From: Octopus sinensis | Taxonomy: Eukaryota | Direction: 5' to 3' | Assembly (NCBI RefSeq): GCF_006345805.1 | Contig: NC_043017.1 | Location: 29,698,001 to 29,762,000, forward strand | Length of the DNA: 64,000 bases | Shown here: piece after piece, positions 26,051 to 39,072 of the stretch | Layout of the letters: each line of letters opens with the position of its first letter | How positions within the stretch are numbered: the first letter of the stretch is position 1 | Notes under the pieces: model-generated | Database searches by the model: none | What the model was told of the DNA's origin: nothing | What the model saw: only the letters and a program-made list of their open reading frames with translations | Translations under genes and position numbers: made by a program

Positions 26051-26460
26051 ATACATATATATATGTATATATATATGTATACATAATATACATATATATG
26101 TACATATATACATATATATATGTATAATATATGCATATAGATGTATACATATATACATATATATATGTAATAAATATATGCATAATATATATGTAACATA
26201 TATACATATATATATGTATACATATATCATATATATATGTATACATATATACATATATATATGTATACATATATACATATATAATATATATATATAATCA
26301 TATATATATGTATACATATATACATATATATATGTATATACAGATATACATATATATTATATATATATTACATATATATATATATATTATATACATATAT
26401 ATATATATATATTATACATATATATAATATATATATATACATATATACATATATACATAT

Positions 26461-26511
<51 letters not shown>

Positions 26512-26920
26512 AACATATAACATATATATATGTATACATATATACATATATATATATGTATACATATATAATATATGTATACTATATACAATATATGTAT
26601 ACATATATATATATATAGGTATACTATATATACATATTATATATATGCATACATATGTACATATATATATGCATACATATATACATATATATATATTAGT
26701 ATATATATGAATATATAAATCTGTATACAGACACACACACACACACCATATCTATATATATATATGTTATACATATATACATATATGTATACATATATAT
26801 ATATATATGTATACATATATAATATATATATATATGCATCACATATGTACATATATATATGCATACATATATACATATATATATATTAGTATATATATGA
26901 ATATATAAATCTGTATACAG

Positions 26921-26958
<38 letters not shown>

Positions 26959-26960
26959 GT
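26051..26960. repeat. Compound TA-rich microsatellite with an internal ~105-bp duplication (~26640-26745 / ~26835-26940)
   Basis: ATTAGTATATATATGAATATATAAATCTGTATACAGACACAC occurs twice. Confidence 0.93.
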
Positions 26961-27599
26961 TAATGTGTAAATCTGTACGTGTGTGCTCGTGTATAATATT
27001 TAAGCAACGTTATTTTTTTTCTTTTACGATTTAAATCTTCCTCAGTGATGTTCCATCCATCTAAATTTCGTGCAGTTTTAACTTTTCATATTTTCACATC
27101 TCTATAATTAGATACAAAATAAGCACAAAGTAAAAGCATAAAGTAACTTATTTCCTCCTCTTATTCTGCCTCCCTTAAAGACATTTCACTCTTCTTTCCC
27201 TATTCACTGTGAAGAGGAAATAAACCTTAACCATGTTATATAATTCACATGCGTTTCCTCACTCTCTCTCTCTACTCCTCATCCTTCTCCTCTCTCTCAC
27301 GCTCATAGAAACATACACGCTGATACGTTTGTTTATTTATACAAACACACAAATGCACAGACACATATATAAATATATACATACAGGTATTATTTAAGTG
27401 GTGTGAGGTTTAAACTACTTTCAGATACACCTTTGAGTGCATAGTGTCTTCTGATATCTTATGGCTGAGAAATGGTGTAAGTCGAATACACACACAAACA
27501 CATATATCTATCTATGTATGTATATATATATAATATATATATATATATACATATATATTTACATATATATGTAGATTGGTAGATAGGTAGAATTCACAA

Positions 27600-27766
27600 A
27601 AGAAAAACAAAAGCCGAAGGCAGATGGTGTAGACAACAAACAGATGTATTAGTACATAGTATCGCTCGGAAGTCAAAAAGTCTTTAACGTTTCGAGCCTT
27701 CGCTCTTCCACAGAAAGGAACACAGAAAGAAACAAGGAAAGTCAATAGAGAATGTGTAGTGGCTAG

Positions 27767-27770
<4 letters not shown>
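27600..27770 (-). mobile_element. Repeat family H1, copy 2
   Basis: Homologous to 1241-1380 and 49680-49812. Confidence 0.65.
27682..27717 (-). ncRNA. Minimal type I hammerhead-like motif (H1)
   Basis: CTTT-CTGTGGAA-GAGC-GAAG-GCTC-GAA-ACGT-T-AAAG; stems I and II pair, stem III is the palindrome ACGT. Confidence 0.45.
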
Positions 27771-27806
<36 letters not shown>

Positions 27807-27876
27807 TTATATTTACATATATATATTTATACACACACACATATACATTTATATTTACATATATATATATATTTAT

Positions 27877-27909
<33 letters not shown>

Positions 27910-29120
27910 CATTTATATTTACATATATATATTTATACACACACACATACATATATATACATTTATATTTACATATATATATATATATATTATACACACA
28001 CAAACACACACACATATATATATATATATACATACATACATACGGACAGACACACACATGTATATATAAATATATGCACATTTTTTACTGTGGTCTCCTT
28101 TCTCTTTCAACGATGCCCTCACTTTGGAATTCTCAGTTCTCACGGCAAGTACACTCTACATTTATCGGTTTTCACTACATAGGTTTTGTCGATGTAGACC
28201 ACCATCAGCCTCTGTGGTGTCTGTTTGATCATATTTACGTTTGCACACGTATACATATAAATGTAAATATTTATGTGTGTATGAATTTAGTGCAGTATAA
28301 TATTTTATTTTGTCCTTATTTGTTCCTAGCATTGGTCACGTACAGCTACAGCGTGGGTTTCGTCGTATTATATTTTGCCATAAAATATTTCTCGTAATCT
28401 CAAAAGGAACAGCTCTCTTTGGATTCTTGTAGGATTTCAATGCCATCATTAAAACGAGTGTTTGATCTATTCACGTAGCTAGAAATCTAACAACACTGTA
28501 TACAGTCTCTGAGACATTTATTTAGCAATCCTCGCCTGTTTGCATTTGCAGGATTGCATGCATAGATGCATACAATCATACATGCATGCATATATATATA
28601 TATATATATATATGACCATGCTAAACATATTTGTTGCCATTTAGACTAAGCTTTGGCTTTGATAAATCATGCTTGCACTGTAACGTCCTACTTCAGAGAC
28701 AGACGGCAATTCCTACATAATCCCTTAACACACGGGAAGCTTATGCACAATGCATTTTCCAAAAAAAATCTTTGGTCGAAGGCCAGCAATTTGAACTAAG
28801 GACGGAATTTTAACTCAGAACGTACATATTTGTTTACGATATTACCAGCTTGTCATCCCACGACTCTGCCAGATTGTCGCCTTAAATCAAATATTGATAT
28901 TGGACTCAAATTTTGGCACAAAGCCAAAACTTTCAGGTGAGGAGGTATGTCCCCAGCACAAGGATAAACGTAATTAGCTAACCTTCTTCTTCAATATTAC
29001 TGGCCACGTGCAAAACTTTGATACTGACAAATAAAAATCGATATACACGATATTCAGTACTTGAATTAATTGATGTTTTTCTGGCGGAATGGTGGTACAT
29101 CAACTTTAAAATTTTTATAT

Positions 29121-29157
<37 letters not shown>

Positions 29158-29216
29158 TTATTTATATATTATATATTATATATATCGGAAGGTTTGGAGA
29201 TGATGTACTGGTATTT

Positions 29217-29443
29217 TATATTAGAAGAAATGAGGTACTCAGAAATTCGGATGATTTTCTATTACAGATATTTATTTGTATATTACATGTTCATGTGGAA
29301 CTTAGTTCGATGTGAAAACCCCACTAGAATGGGAGAAAGCGCTATTATAGGATCTAAGTTATATGATGTATAAAACATGTACTATACAAATAAATAGCTG
29401 TAAATATAAAACCATCCAATTTCTGAGTACCTCATTTCTTCTA

Positions 29444-29448
<5 letters not shown>
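29217..29448. mobile_element. Foldback/MITE-like element with ~75-bp imperfect inverted arms
   Basis: 29217-29291 versus the reverse complement of 29374-29448; outer 31 bp identical (TATATTAGAAGAAATGAGGTACTCAGAAATT); TA at the ends. Confidence 0.85.
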
Positions 29449-29474
<26 letters not shown>

Positions 29475-29522
29475 GAAAAAACAAGTAAAAAATAGAAAAT
29501 GCTAAAATAATTTTATAGTGAA

Positions 29523-29570
29523 CATTTCAGTACCGGTTTCGGTCATTTTGAGACCTTTTCAACTGTAACG
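29523..29570 (-). ncRNA. Minimal type I hammerhead ribozyme, U3-A8 variant (left arm)
   Basis: Exact mirror of 29768-29815. Confidence 0.65.
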
Positions 29571-29767
29571 ATTAAATAATTAAATTTAGAAAAATTAGAA
29601 GAAAAGTTTTTTTAAAAGAATATTTCTATAGTAGTGTTCGCTCGAACACACAAGTGCAAACAAGGGAGTCAGAGAAAGGCAGAATGCCACTTAAATCTGA
29701 ACACTACTATAGAAATATTCTTTTAAAAAAACTTTTCTTCTAATTTTTCTAAATTTAATTATTTAAT

Positions 29768-29815
29768 CGTTACAGTTGAAAAGGTCTCAAAATGACCGAA
29801 ACCGGTACTGAAATG
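29768..29815 (+). ncRNA. Minimal type I hammerhead ribozyme, U3-A8 variant (right arm)
   Basis: cgtta-CAG-TTGAAAA-GGTC-tcaaaat-GACC-GAA-ACCGGT-A-CTG-aaatg: stem I (3 bp, mismatch, 4 bp), stem II 4 bp, palindromic stem III, predicted cut after GUA at 29807. Confidence 0.65.
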
Positions 29816-29920
29816 TTCACTATAAAATTATTTTAGCATTTTCTATTTTTTACTTGTTTTTTCATATATATCAACTCGTGTGTTCCTTTTCACCCTTATA
29901 CATATATATATATATATATA

Positions 29921-30073
29921 CTTTATTTAAAGCAGCAGGAAATTCACCAAAACCTGTTACTCTGAGTTTCCCGTTGCAATGTTCTGCTGCTTTAAATAAA
30001 GCATATTACTCTACCAATGGTATTTGAGTACTCTTTTTTCCACCTTGTTTCACATTTTATGTGTTTACTCCGG
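29921..30073. mobile_element. Repeat family H4 copy with collapsed centre
   Basis: 18-bp inverted repeat CTTTATTTAAAGCAGCAG (29921-29938 / 29984-30001); homology to 16340-16470. Confidence 0.7.
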
Positions 30074-30102
30074 TATATATATATATATATAATATATATA
30101 TT

Positions 30103-30458
30103 ATATATATAAAACGGCAGTTTGTCTGTGCGTCTGTTTTCTCGTACCCTCACTCTGACCACGGCTTTCAACCGATTCTGATGAAACTTGACACACACGT
30201 AGCCCAATGTCATAATTCAAAACTAACGCAGCGAAAATTTTGAAAAGTTCCCCCAGTTCTGAAAAAGATCGATAAATTCGACATGGGGTCGAGAATCAGA
30301 AACCCAAACCACAGACCGTCTAGGGGACGCAACTCCACCTTTTTAACTCTCAAAAAAATTTACCATCATTTTTTTTCCATTTTTTTGCTATAACTCTCTA
30401 AAAATGCTTTATAGTTATTTCCCTTACAAACCTGAGCAACGCCGGGCGATACTGCTAG
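30103..30458 (+). mobile_element. Non-autonomous Helitron-like element, same family as 11105-11474
   Basis: Near-identical body; ends CCTGAGCAACGCCGGGCGATACTGCTAG. Confidence 0.87.
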
Positions 30459-30459
30459 T

Positions 30460-30840
30460 ATGTATATAAAGCTGAAGTTGTCTGTGTATGGCAGGTTTGA
30501 TAACCTTCAACTAACACTATCTCCTCCGAGACTCTGCGGCGCAAGTTGACCAAAATTGAGAGTATGATAGAAGATGGCTTGATCTTCCTTACGTAGAAGA
30601 AAAAATTCAAATCAGACCATGTTAACACCAAAAATTATTTACATCAAAAAGGTGCTTTTTTCTATGAAAATCCCTATTTTTTACTGCTGTGTCGCCATTT
30701 TTTGGTGTATTTCATCCAGAAAAATGTTCACTTAAAGATAATAACAAGCTACATAATGCAAAATTTTTACTTTTCAAAAATTCCAATTCTAAAGGGTTGA
30801 AAAGAAAACAAACCCGAGCAACGCTGGGCGATACTGCTAG
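30460..30840 (+). mobile_element. Second Helitron-like element directly abutting the previous one
   Basis: Starts TATATAAAGCTGAAGTTGTCTGTG, has a different body, ends CCCGAGCAACGCTGGGCGATACTGCTAG|T. Confidence 0.8.
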
Positions 30841-31439
30841 TATATATATAAACCATAGCTGTATATATAATTCTGGTGGAGAAAGTATAGAAATTGGAGT
30901 GAGTGTCTCAGTGTATAATCTCGGACCACTCTCAAACGGAAACCTCAGGATCTTCAATATGTCTGTTTAATGTTTTCGCTGGAAATGAAAATCAGAACAG
31001 GGCGTAAGGTGGTCTGAATGACGTGAAAAGCTTGACGCATATGCAGGGAAGATGGCGTTACATTCCACTGAAAGAATTTTGCCGACGGGGCATTAGTTTA
31101 GTGGAGAAAATGAAGTCACATACATTTTGAAGGCACCTCGTACATATATATATATATATATGACATATGAAAATTCTTCTGATACATTTCAGATTTAGGA
31201 AACCTGTAAATTTCTATCGTATACATTTCCTGTAGCGTTAACCAAATCGACAATCGTACGTAGCGCTACCCAGCGTTACTAAAACTAAATGCACGCATTA
31301 TATAATATTGTCATATAGAAACATTAGCTCTAATGGAATTAGTTTCCCTTTCAGTTTAAAAGATTTAACATACAATAAATGCGGTAAAATGTGTATACCT
31401 TTGTGTGCTTATGTAATCATCGATGTTTCCACTCGCATG

Positions 31440-31484
<45 letters not shown>

Positions 31485-31602
31485 TTAAATATATATATAT
31501 ATATATATATACAAAAATGTACACACACACACACATATATATATACACACAAAAATGTACACACACACACAAACGTATATATATATATATATATTATATA
31601 TA

Positions 31603-31635
<33 letters not shown>

Positions 31636-33763
31636 CGTGTATGTTTGTTTGATTTTGTGTGTAATGCTATTGTGTCTTCAATGAAAAACCTGATTTCGTG
31701 CAATTTTACTCAAATTTGATATTGGCTAGTGTACGATTTTTATCAGAATTTATCACTGAAAATACAATTTAGCTTTTCTCTTCTTTATTTTTAGTTCTTT
31801 CTTCTAATCTTTTTTTTTTTATTTCCCCTATTTTTGAACACAAAGGACTGACAATTCCTAACGTTTATGTTAGTAACGATAATATAATAATTTCCTCACT
31901 GAAACCTAAAAACCATTATGATACGTATCATAATTACTTGTCGTCTAGCAGACTCTCATAGACATTACTTTCTGTAACTCTTATCTATTCTTCATTTGCA
32001 TCAATTTTACAATGATTGTATTGTTGCAATATCTAGCTTTTTCGACATATCATTTTAATAAACATCAATATCTAGCTAGAAACAAGTTTCCACACCAGTA
32101 ACTTCGTTCTAACAGAAGTATTTTATTTATTTATCTCTTTATATATTTGTTCTTAACTTTTTTTTTTTTCAGAAATAGTATTGGCTTTTGAGTATACCAA
32201 ATATAATTATATGAACTACGAGATAGCACACATAGAGCATAGGATAGATTTTCTATTATGTTAGGACGGCCATGGTTGATTTAAGTCTGTTTAAATCTTT
32301 AGCTGCAGTTTTATGGGTATATTTTTATAAAATATAAAAAGAGCGAACACTTAAAGAGAATGTACATTTAATTAGATCAAGTTTCACTCTCATACTGATC
32401 CTGAACTGAGAACTTAGAAAAAATACTTATAGAACTATAACAAAGTCTTCGAAGCAAGAATTAACTTTGTCGCTCTGCAGACATTGGGAAATGTATAAAA
32501 CTTATAAAAACCGGCAAATATATCTAGTAAAATCGTGGAGTAAATTTGATCATAAAATCTAAGGATTGTTAAAAAACAAATGTTAATTTTTTATTTACTA
32601 AGATTGTGTTCATTAACATCTTATAAGATGATATAGTTTTAACAGTCCCAACTTAGATTTTTAACTTAACAAAAAATTCCCTATAATTTAACCTTTCGCT
32701 TTAGATATGTATGAAATAAGGCGAATCAGCTACACAAGTTGTGCTAAACCTGGCTCAAGGAACTATGAGCTCCGTACAAGAATTTTTGGGGTCCAAGACA
32801 ATAGTGATATATTAAGGGTCTATGAAAATATTTTTCCTTAGATGTATCTATAGAAACAAACAGTAAGAATTCTTTCTCCAACATTTTACGTGGTTCTACC
32901 AACACCAGTTAATGTGTGAAAAGAAAGATAGGAATTTTGAAATAAGCATGTACAAAATTACTTTTGGGGTTGCATCACAGTAAAACAGTAATCAAAGGGT
33001 TCCATTGATAAAGTATTGCTCAGAAACACTGTTTAGTTTCAAATCTAAAATTTACTGAAAGCAATATCAAAGACTTTTAGTCTTAAACACAACTAGCTAC
33101 AAACAGCTAACATTTTAAACACGATTTGGACTTTGGGTAGAGGCACCAGAGTGCAAACCAATGTTAGATGTCTACGATGTAGATAAAAGCACCTCTTCCC
33201 CTTCTGTCAGTCATAGACGCCTTCATATAAGGCAGGTCGAAGGCGCTGCCCTTTCTCATATACCTCAATCAACTAAAAGGGAAACAGAAAAATTATACTG
33301 AAAAAGTTCTGTGAATATTTATGCCAGATTCCTTTTGGCCAATCGAGGTCAAAACTTCACAATGCATACAAATATTCACATATATATGTACTTGAAGTAA
33401 ATTAATAGAAATGAACATAGAAAATGTTTTTGTGTTTGTGACTTTGTCTAAATATATGTATGTGTGAATGTATTTATGTATGTATATATGTATGTATGTA
33501 TGTATATGTAAACATATATATCGATATAATGTCTTGTAGATCTTTGGCTAGGCTAAAAAGTCACATTCGATCACAACACCAGTAGGAGTTAAGCTGCGTG
33601 CAATGGCCATACTCGATAACGAGGGAGCAGCCATCATATATCTATATACAATACATACATATACATAGCATATATATCAATCTATGTATGTATCTATCTA
33701 TATATATATTTATGCATTCATGTATGTATGCGTGCATATGTAAATGTATATAAATATAATATA

Positions 33764-33827
<64 letters not shown>

Positions 33828-34690
33828 CACATATATATTTATATATATACACATATATATTTATATACTTTTACACATACGTACATACATGTATGCAGAC
33901 ATACATACATACATTCAGACAGACAGACAAAGACTTGCCCTTTTGATACAGACAATGAGAGATAAACTGAGAGAAAGATAACTGTGAAAGAAAAAATAAC
34001 ACGAGAAATAAATGTGATACTAATTCAAATAAAAGATCAAATAAATATTTAAGTTTCTGTCTGTCTGTCTCTCTTTCTTTCTTTCTTTCTTTATCTGCCT
34101 ATGTCACAATCTGTCTGTGTGTGTCTGTCTGTCGCTCTCCCTAGTAAATATATAGTTAATATTTGATGAGTATATTTTTCTTGTTTTGTACTCATCGTTG
34201 TCTGTGTGTTATATTAGCAATAGTAATGAAGCAGATCTCAGCGTGTTTACATTTCGCTTGTTATTTGCGTTGTGTTCTTTCTTTGTTTTTATAATTTTGT
34301 CGCATCGAATCAGAAGATAAAAATGATTCTGTAATTCGAATTGAAGAAACATACATATAGGAAAGTATTCGAAAACCTAACTCTGTAAACACACACACAC
34401 AATATATATATATACATAAATATCACATATAAAATATGTATATATAAAATATACATGTTATACATAATATTATATATATATATATACATAAATATTATAT
34501 ATAAAATATGTATATATAAACTATACATATTATACATAATATTATATATATATATACATAATATTATATATAAAATATGTATATATAAAATATTCATATT
34601 ATACATAATATATATATATATAAAATATACACGTTATACATAATATTATATATATATATAGCTGTTATATACAACACACATAAATATTAT

Positions 34691-34744
<54 letters not shown>

Positions 34745-36431
34745 ATACATGTCACACATAATATATATAATATTTATGTGTGTGTTGTATATAACAGTTA
34801 TTATATATGTGTGTGTGTTGTATATAACAGGTATTATATATGTATGTGTGTGTTGTATATAACAGGTATTATAAATATATATATATGTGTGTGTGTATGT
34901 ATGTATGTATGTATGTATATATACGCGCGCGTGTGTATTAGTGTGTATACAAGAAGAGAAAAAGCAGAATGACTTTCTTGTTTTTGATCATTGCGTATAG
35001 GTTGAGCACCACTGTTGTATAATGAATCTAACGTCGCAGCGCGGAAAAGGAAAGAAAGAACAAACCCATCCAAAGAGACAAAAAAAAAAGAAGAACAAAA
35101 CAAACAAAAGAGTAAGCGAAAACAAGTGAAAATCTAATAATATTACATACAAATGACCCTCCCGCCTCTTAGTATCAGAAAGTTATGTTTAGGAGATTAA
35201 CAGATTTATGACAAACACTATTTAATGAATCAGACCAGTAAGTAAGGTTCAACTTGTTAAGGCGGTAAAACTTGTAGAGTGTTAACAAGATGCAAGACGG
35301 CAAAAGGCCAGAGGAAAAGTCTTTATATATAACACCTATTATTTGAACAGCATGTATTGAGAAAGAACATATGTTTGAAAGCATCTTAACGAAGTATATT
35401 ATAAAATATATCTCGCAGCAATAAGAATAACCGTGTTTATCTTATTTCGTTTTATTTTACCATTTCTTACTGTTGTGAAATGGAATACTGCATAAAATAT
35501 AGCTTTTTTCCTCAGCACGCTATGTGTGTATACATCTATATCCTACATTACGTGCGTGCTTTTAGTGTATGTATATATGTGCATAATGAATATAGATATG
35601 TAGTTTATAACTGCATATATATATATATATATATATACATATATATACATACACATTCACGTATATACGTTTAGTGTTTATTTTCTAAGATTCTCGATGA
35701 GAGCAGAAGGAGATACGTGGGTTGGAAAGTCGTTAAAGAGGTCACAGGATGTGTGACGAAACATTTCAGACAAAGCACACTAAAATAAATATAATAATAA
35801 AGCTGCCGTGAAGATGGAGCATACAGGGCGTCTGGTTACCTGGCAAATATATATATATATACACACATACGTATATATATATTGAATGAGTGAGTGAGTG
35901 ATTTACGTGCCCACATGTATTATGAGAGGATACACGCAAGGGAACACACATATATGAAGGGACACCTAGGGACGCGCAATATTTTTATGATTTTTGAGAA
36001 TACCGTCTAACTGAATATTACCCCCCCCCCCATGTTTCGATTGAATAAATCATAATTCAAACATCATGAACAACTGAAATTGTAGAGCTTTTGCCGTTAA
36101 TTGTCTGTTAAAATTGCCCCAACATTTTTTTTTCCAAGAATTCTGTTGCAAAGACACCCGTTTCAAGAATAAACTCAGATTGCGTCTACTTTCGTGGGCA
36201 GCAACAGTAGCGTAATACGGTGACATTTTGCATATAAGACCATTACCCATGTAAGAAAATTTCTACTCAGGCTTGGTAGAAACATATTCCAGTTATAAAT
36301 GTCTGGTCAATCTTGATAGAGTGTTCTTTGTAATTATCAAAATACAATTTTATGACCCGACACAAACATTTGTTATTTTATATCGTTATTTTATATCTCA
36401 TATTTTGTAATATTCCTCTGCTTAATTTACA

Positions 36432-36623
36432 CAAGGCCAGTAATTCTGAGAATTGGTGAAGATTACGTTGACCCCAGTATTAAATTGGTGCTTATTTTAT
36501 CGATTAGAAAGTGTGGAAGGCAAATTCTACGTCGGTGGTACTTGAATTGAGTATGCTAGGACGGATGAAGTATCGCTAAGAATGTTATCCCTTGAACTAC
36601 CGAGTCTGCAAACTTGTCACCTT
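36432..36623 (-). mobile_element. Decayed SINE family B
   Basis: TTACGTTGACCCCAGTATTAAATTGGTGCTTATTTTATCGA...GGCAAA core on the reverse strand. Confidence 0.7.
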
Positions 36624-36714
36624 GGTTATTTTGTAATATTAAACAGGTAATTTATTTTCGGTTATGCATAACGTTTTATCATTTATTAAACTGGTGAAGT
36701 TGTATACAAATCTA

Positions 36715-36841
36715 CAGGGTGTCCACAAAGTCTGGATACATGGTGATTAACACATTCTTTAAGAAATTAGTATTTCTTATATTTAATTGTTTATGTTATG
36801 ATTTTATTTACTCCATGTACCCAGACTTTGTGAACACCCTG
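36715..36841. mobile_element. Tc1/mariner-type MITE
   Basis: TIR CAGGGTGTCCACAAAGTCTGGATACATGG / CCATGTACCCAGACTTTGTGAACACCCTG, TA target duplication on both sides. Confidence 0.88.
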
Positions 36842-38704
36842 TAGTACCATGGTTTACAAAAATATATCGTCACAGGTACAAATGATTCTGTTGATCTACA
36901 AGTAAAAATATCGTGAAGTGATATAATCTTTATAATAATTTTCGTATTCATAAAAATAAATAATAATGTCCTTTCTGAATTCGGAGATAATATTATTGGT
37001 AATAGTGTAGACATTCCTAATACTGACCATATTCATCTTCATGGCCACCACATATAGAATCTTGTTCAAATGGATCTTATGAACTGTAGGCGTATTCGTA
37101 AGAAACAATCTTTTAAAGGCTTCTACAAGCATAGTATTAGAAAATCGTAATATTACATCTAAATTAAAGAATACCGAAAACGCGTTTGCATGTTAACAAT
37201 AAAGTATGCGAGATAAAATGAATTGGAAAGTTACCAAACACAAATACATCAACAGATGAGATAACTGGAGGTGATAATTAGAATGTAGAAGTGATATTCC
37301 ACGTTACTAGGCAAATAAAATAACCCACATGAGATTATACTCTGGCAAATATAACTCACGATGATTAAATACAAGCAATGAACAAACATGACTGCAAACA
37401 TTCGAATGATTGAAACGAAAACATTTGCTTGAAATAACTGATTATAATCTGTTACTTAATGCCGATTTGGCATTTGAAAAACGTGGTAATCTTAAAACCA
37501 TGATGTTGGAAACAATCAGCAGAAAGTCTATAAGAATAAAAATGGGAACAAAATAACAATAGATGGTATATAACACTAATGGCGCATTAGAAGCATTTCG
37601 GAAGCTTATATTTGTAAGCGCATCTACGTAAAATAGAAACCGTAATTTGTCTGAGAATTAAATATCAGAAATGTTAATACAAAAATATCTCCTGAAATTA
37701 TCTGATTCGTGGCTTGCTTTAAACAGCATCAGAAACTGAGTAAGTCGTAGATACATTCAAACGTTTGGACTATTTTTCGTTTGAAATACAACTCTACTAG
37801 GTAACAGTAAAATTCAGTAGCCTCTAAATCATTTTCATGAAGACTATCGGCTGTAGGATATAGATCCTTAAAAAGATTACTGATTATTATCGACCAAACC
37901 CTTCATGTATTTCTAATATAGATATCACTACTTATAAACTGCTCACGAAAATTACTGTTATGCAAGTATAAATTCTGGAAAAGGAAATTATAATTCCTGG
38001 AAGAGAGAATGGTTGTATTGATCAGTCACACAAGATGATATACCTGATTCTAGTTATCAGGTTAGTAAAGAAAATGAGAGTAAAAATAGAATATTGATAT
38101 CGGGGGAAAAGTAACTATCAACTCAAATCAATTGAAGAGTATCAGCTCTTTCTATGCCATTAACATATTTGCAAAGACAATTTTACTCAACTATCGCTGG
38201 TGTAACATTTCAAATCCCGCGCGACAGGTGAAACCCCGCGAACTAGAAACAGTACTTTATATGTTTATTCCTTTTTTTTTATATATTTGCATATATTTAT
38301 TTTATTACAAATGAGGAAGAACACCCCAGAGGAATCGACGTAAGCTTAAATAATAAACCGCGATAAGTGAACCGCGTGGAATTTACTGAAGTATGGAACA
38401 GTAGAGTATTGAACTGAAGTAAATTTCGTAATCTGAACTGAAAAATGCAAAATATATTCAATGAAAGAGAAAATCTGATTAACCCACGTTGACTAAGATA
38501 GAAAAGAATATATATAAAGAGTCGCTTATATCCCCAGAAACAAATATCATTTGAGGAATTTGTTTAGAACTCGAAGAGCAAATATCAGGACTTTAAACTG
38601 CAGGGAAATGGAATATGGGGATTAAACGTTGACGAAATATAGTAAATAAATGTAAAAGTACCTCATGTCTAATATTTTCATGAACTACCTTTTTCATGAA
38701 CGTA

Positions 38705-38869
38705 TAGGCGCAGGAGTGGCTGTGTGGTAAGTAGCTTGTTTACCAACCGTATGGTTCCGGGTTCTGTTCATCTGCGTGACACCTTGGGCAAGTGTCTTCT
38801 TCTATCGCTTCGGGCCGACCAAAGCCTTGTGAGTGGATTTAGTAGACAGAAACTGAAAGAAGCCCGTCG

Positions 38870-38913
<44 letters not shown>

Positions 38914-39072
38914 TGTATGTGTTTGTGTGTCTGTGTTTGTCCCCATAGCATTGCTTGACAACCGATGCTGGTGTGTTTATGTCCCCGTTACTTAGCGGTT
39001 CGGCAAATGAGACCGGTAGAATAAGTACTGGGCTTACAAAAGAATAAGTCCCGGGGTAAAAGAGTAAAGAGA
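38705..39072 (+). mobile_element. SINE family A lacking the 3' stem-loop block
   Basis: Full head and body; jumps from CCCGGGGT directly to the AAAAGAGTAAAGAG tail. Confidence 0.9.

Larger units (their letters stand above)
29471..29867. repeat. Perfect 169-bp inverted repeat (29471-29639 / 29699-29867) with 59-bp spacer; probable inverted PLE pLTR pair
   Basis: Base-by-base comparison of the two arms showed no mismatch. Confidence 0.95.

Noticed and set aside
28081-28245. VVYIDKTYV resembling a Tc1/IS630 DDE first-aspartate motif
   Set aside because: The key Glu/Trp are absent, there are no TIRs, and the frame closes quickly
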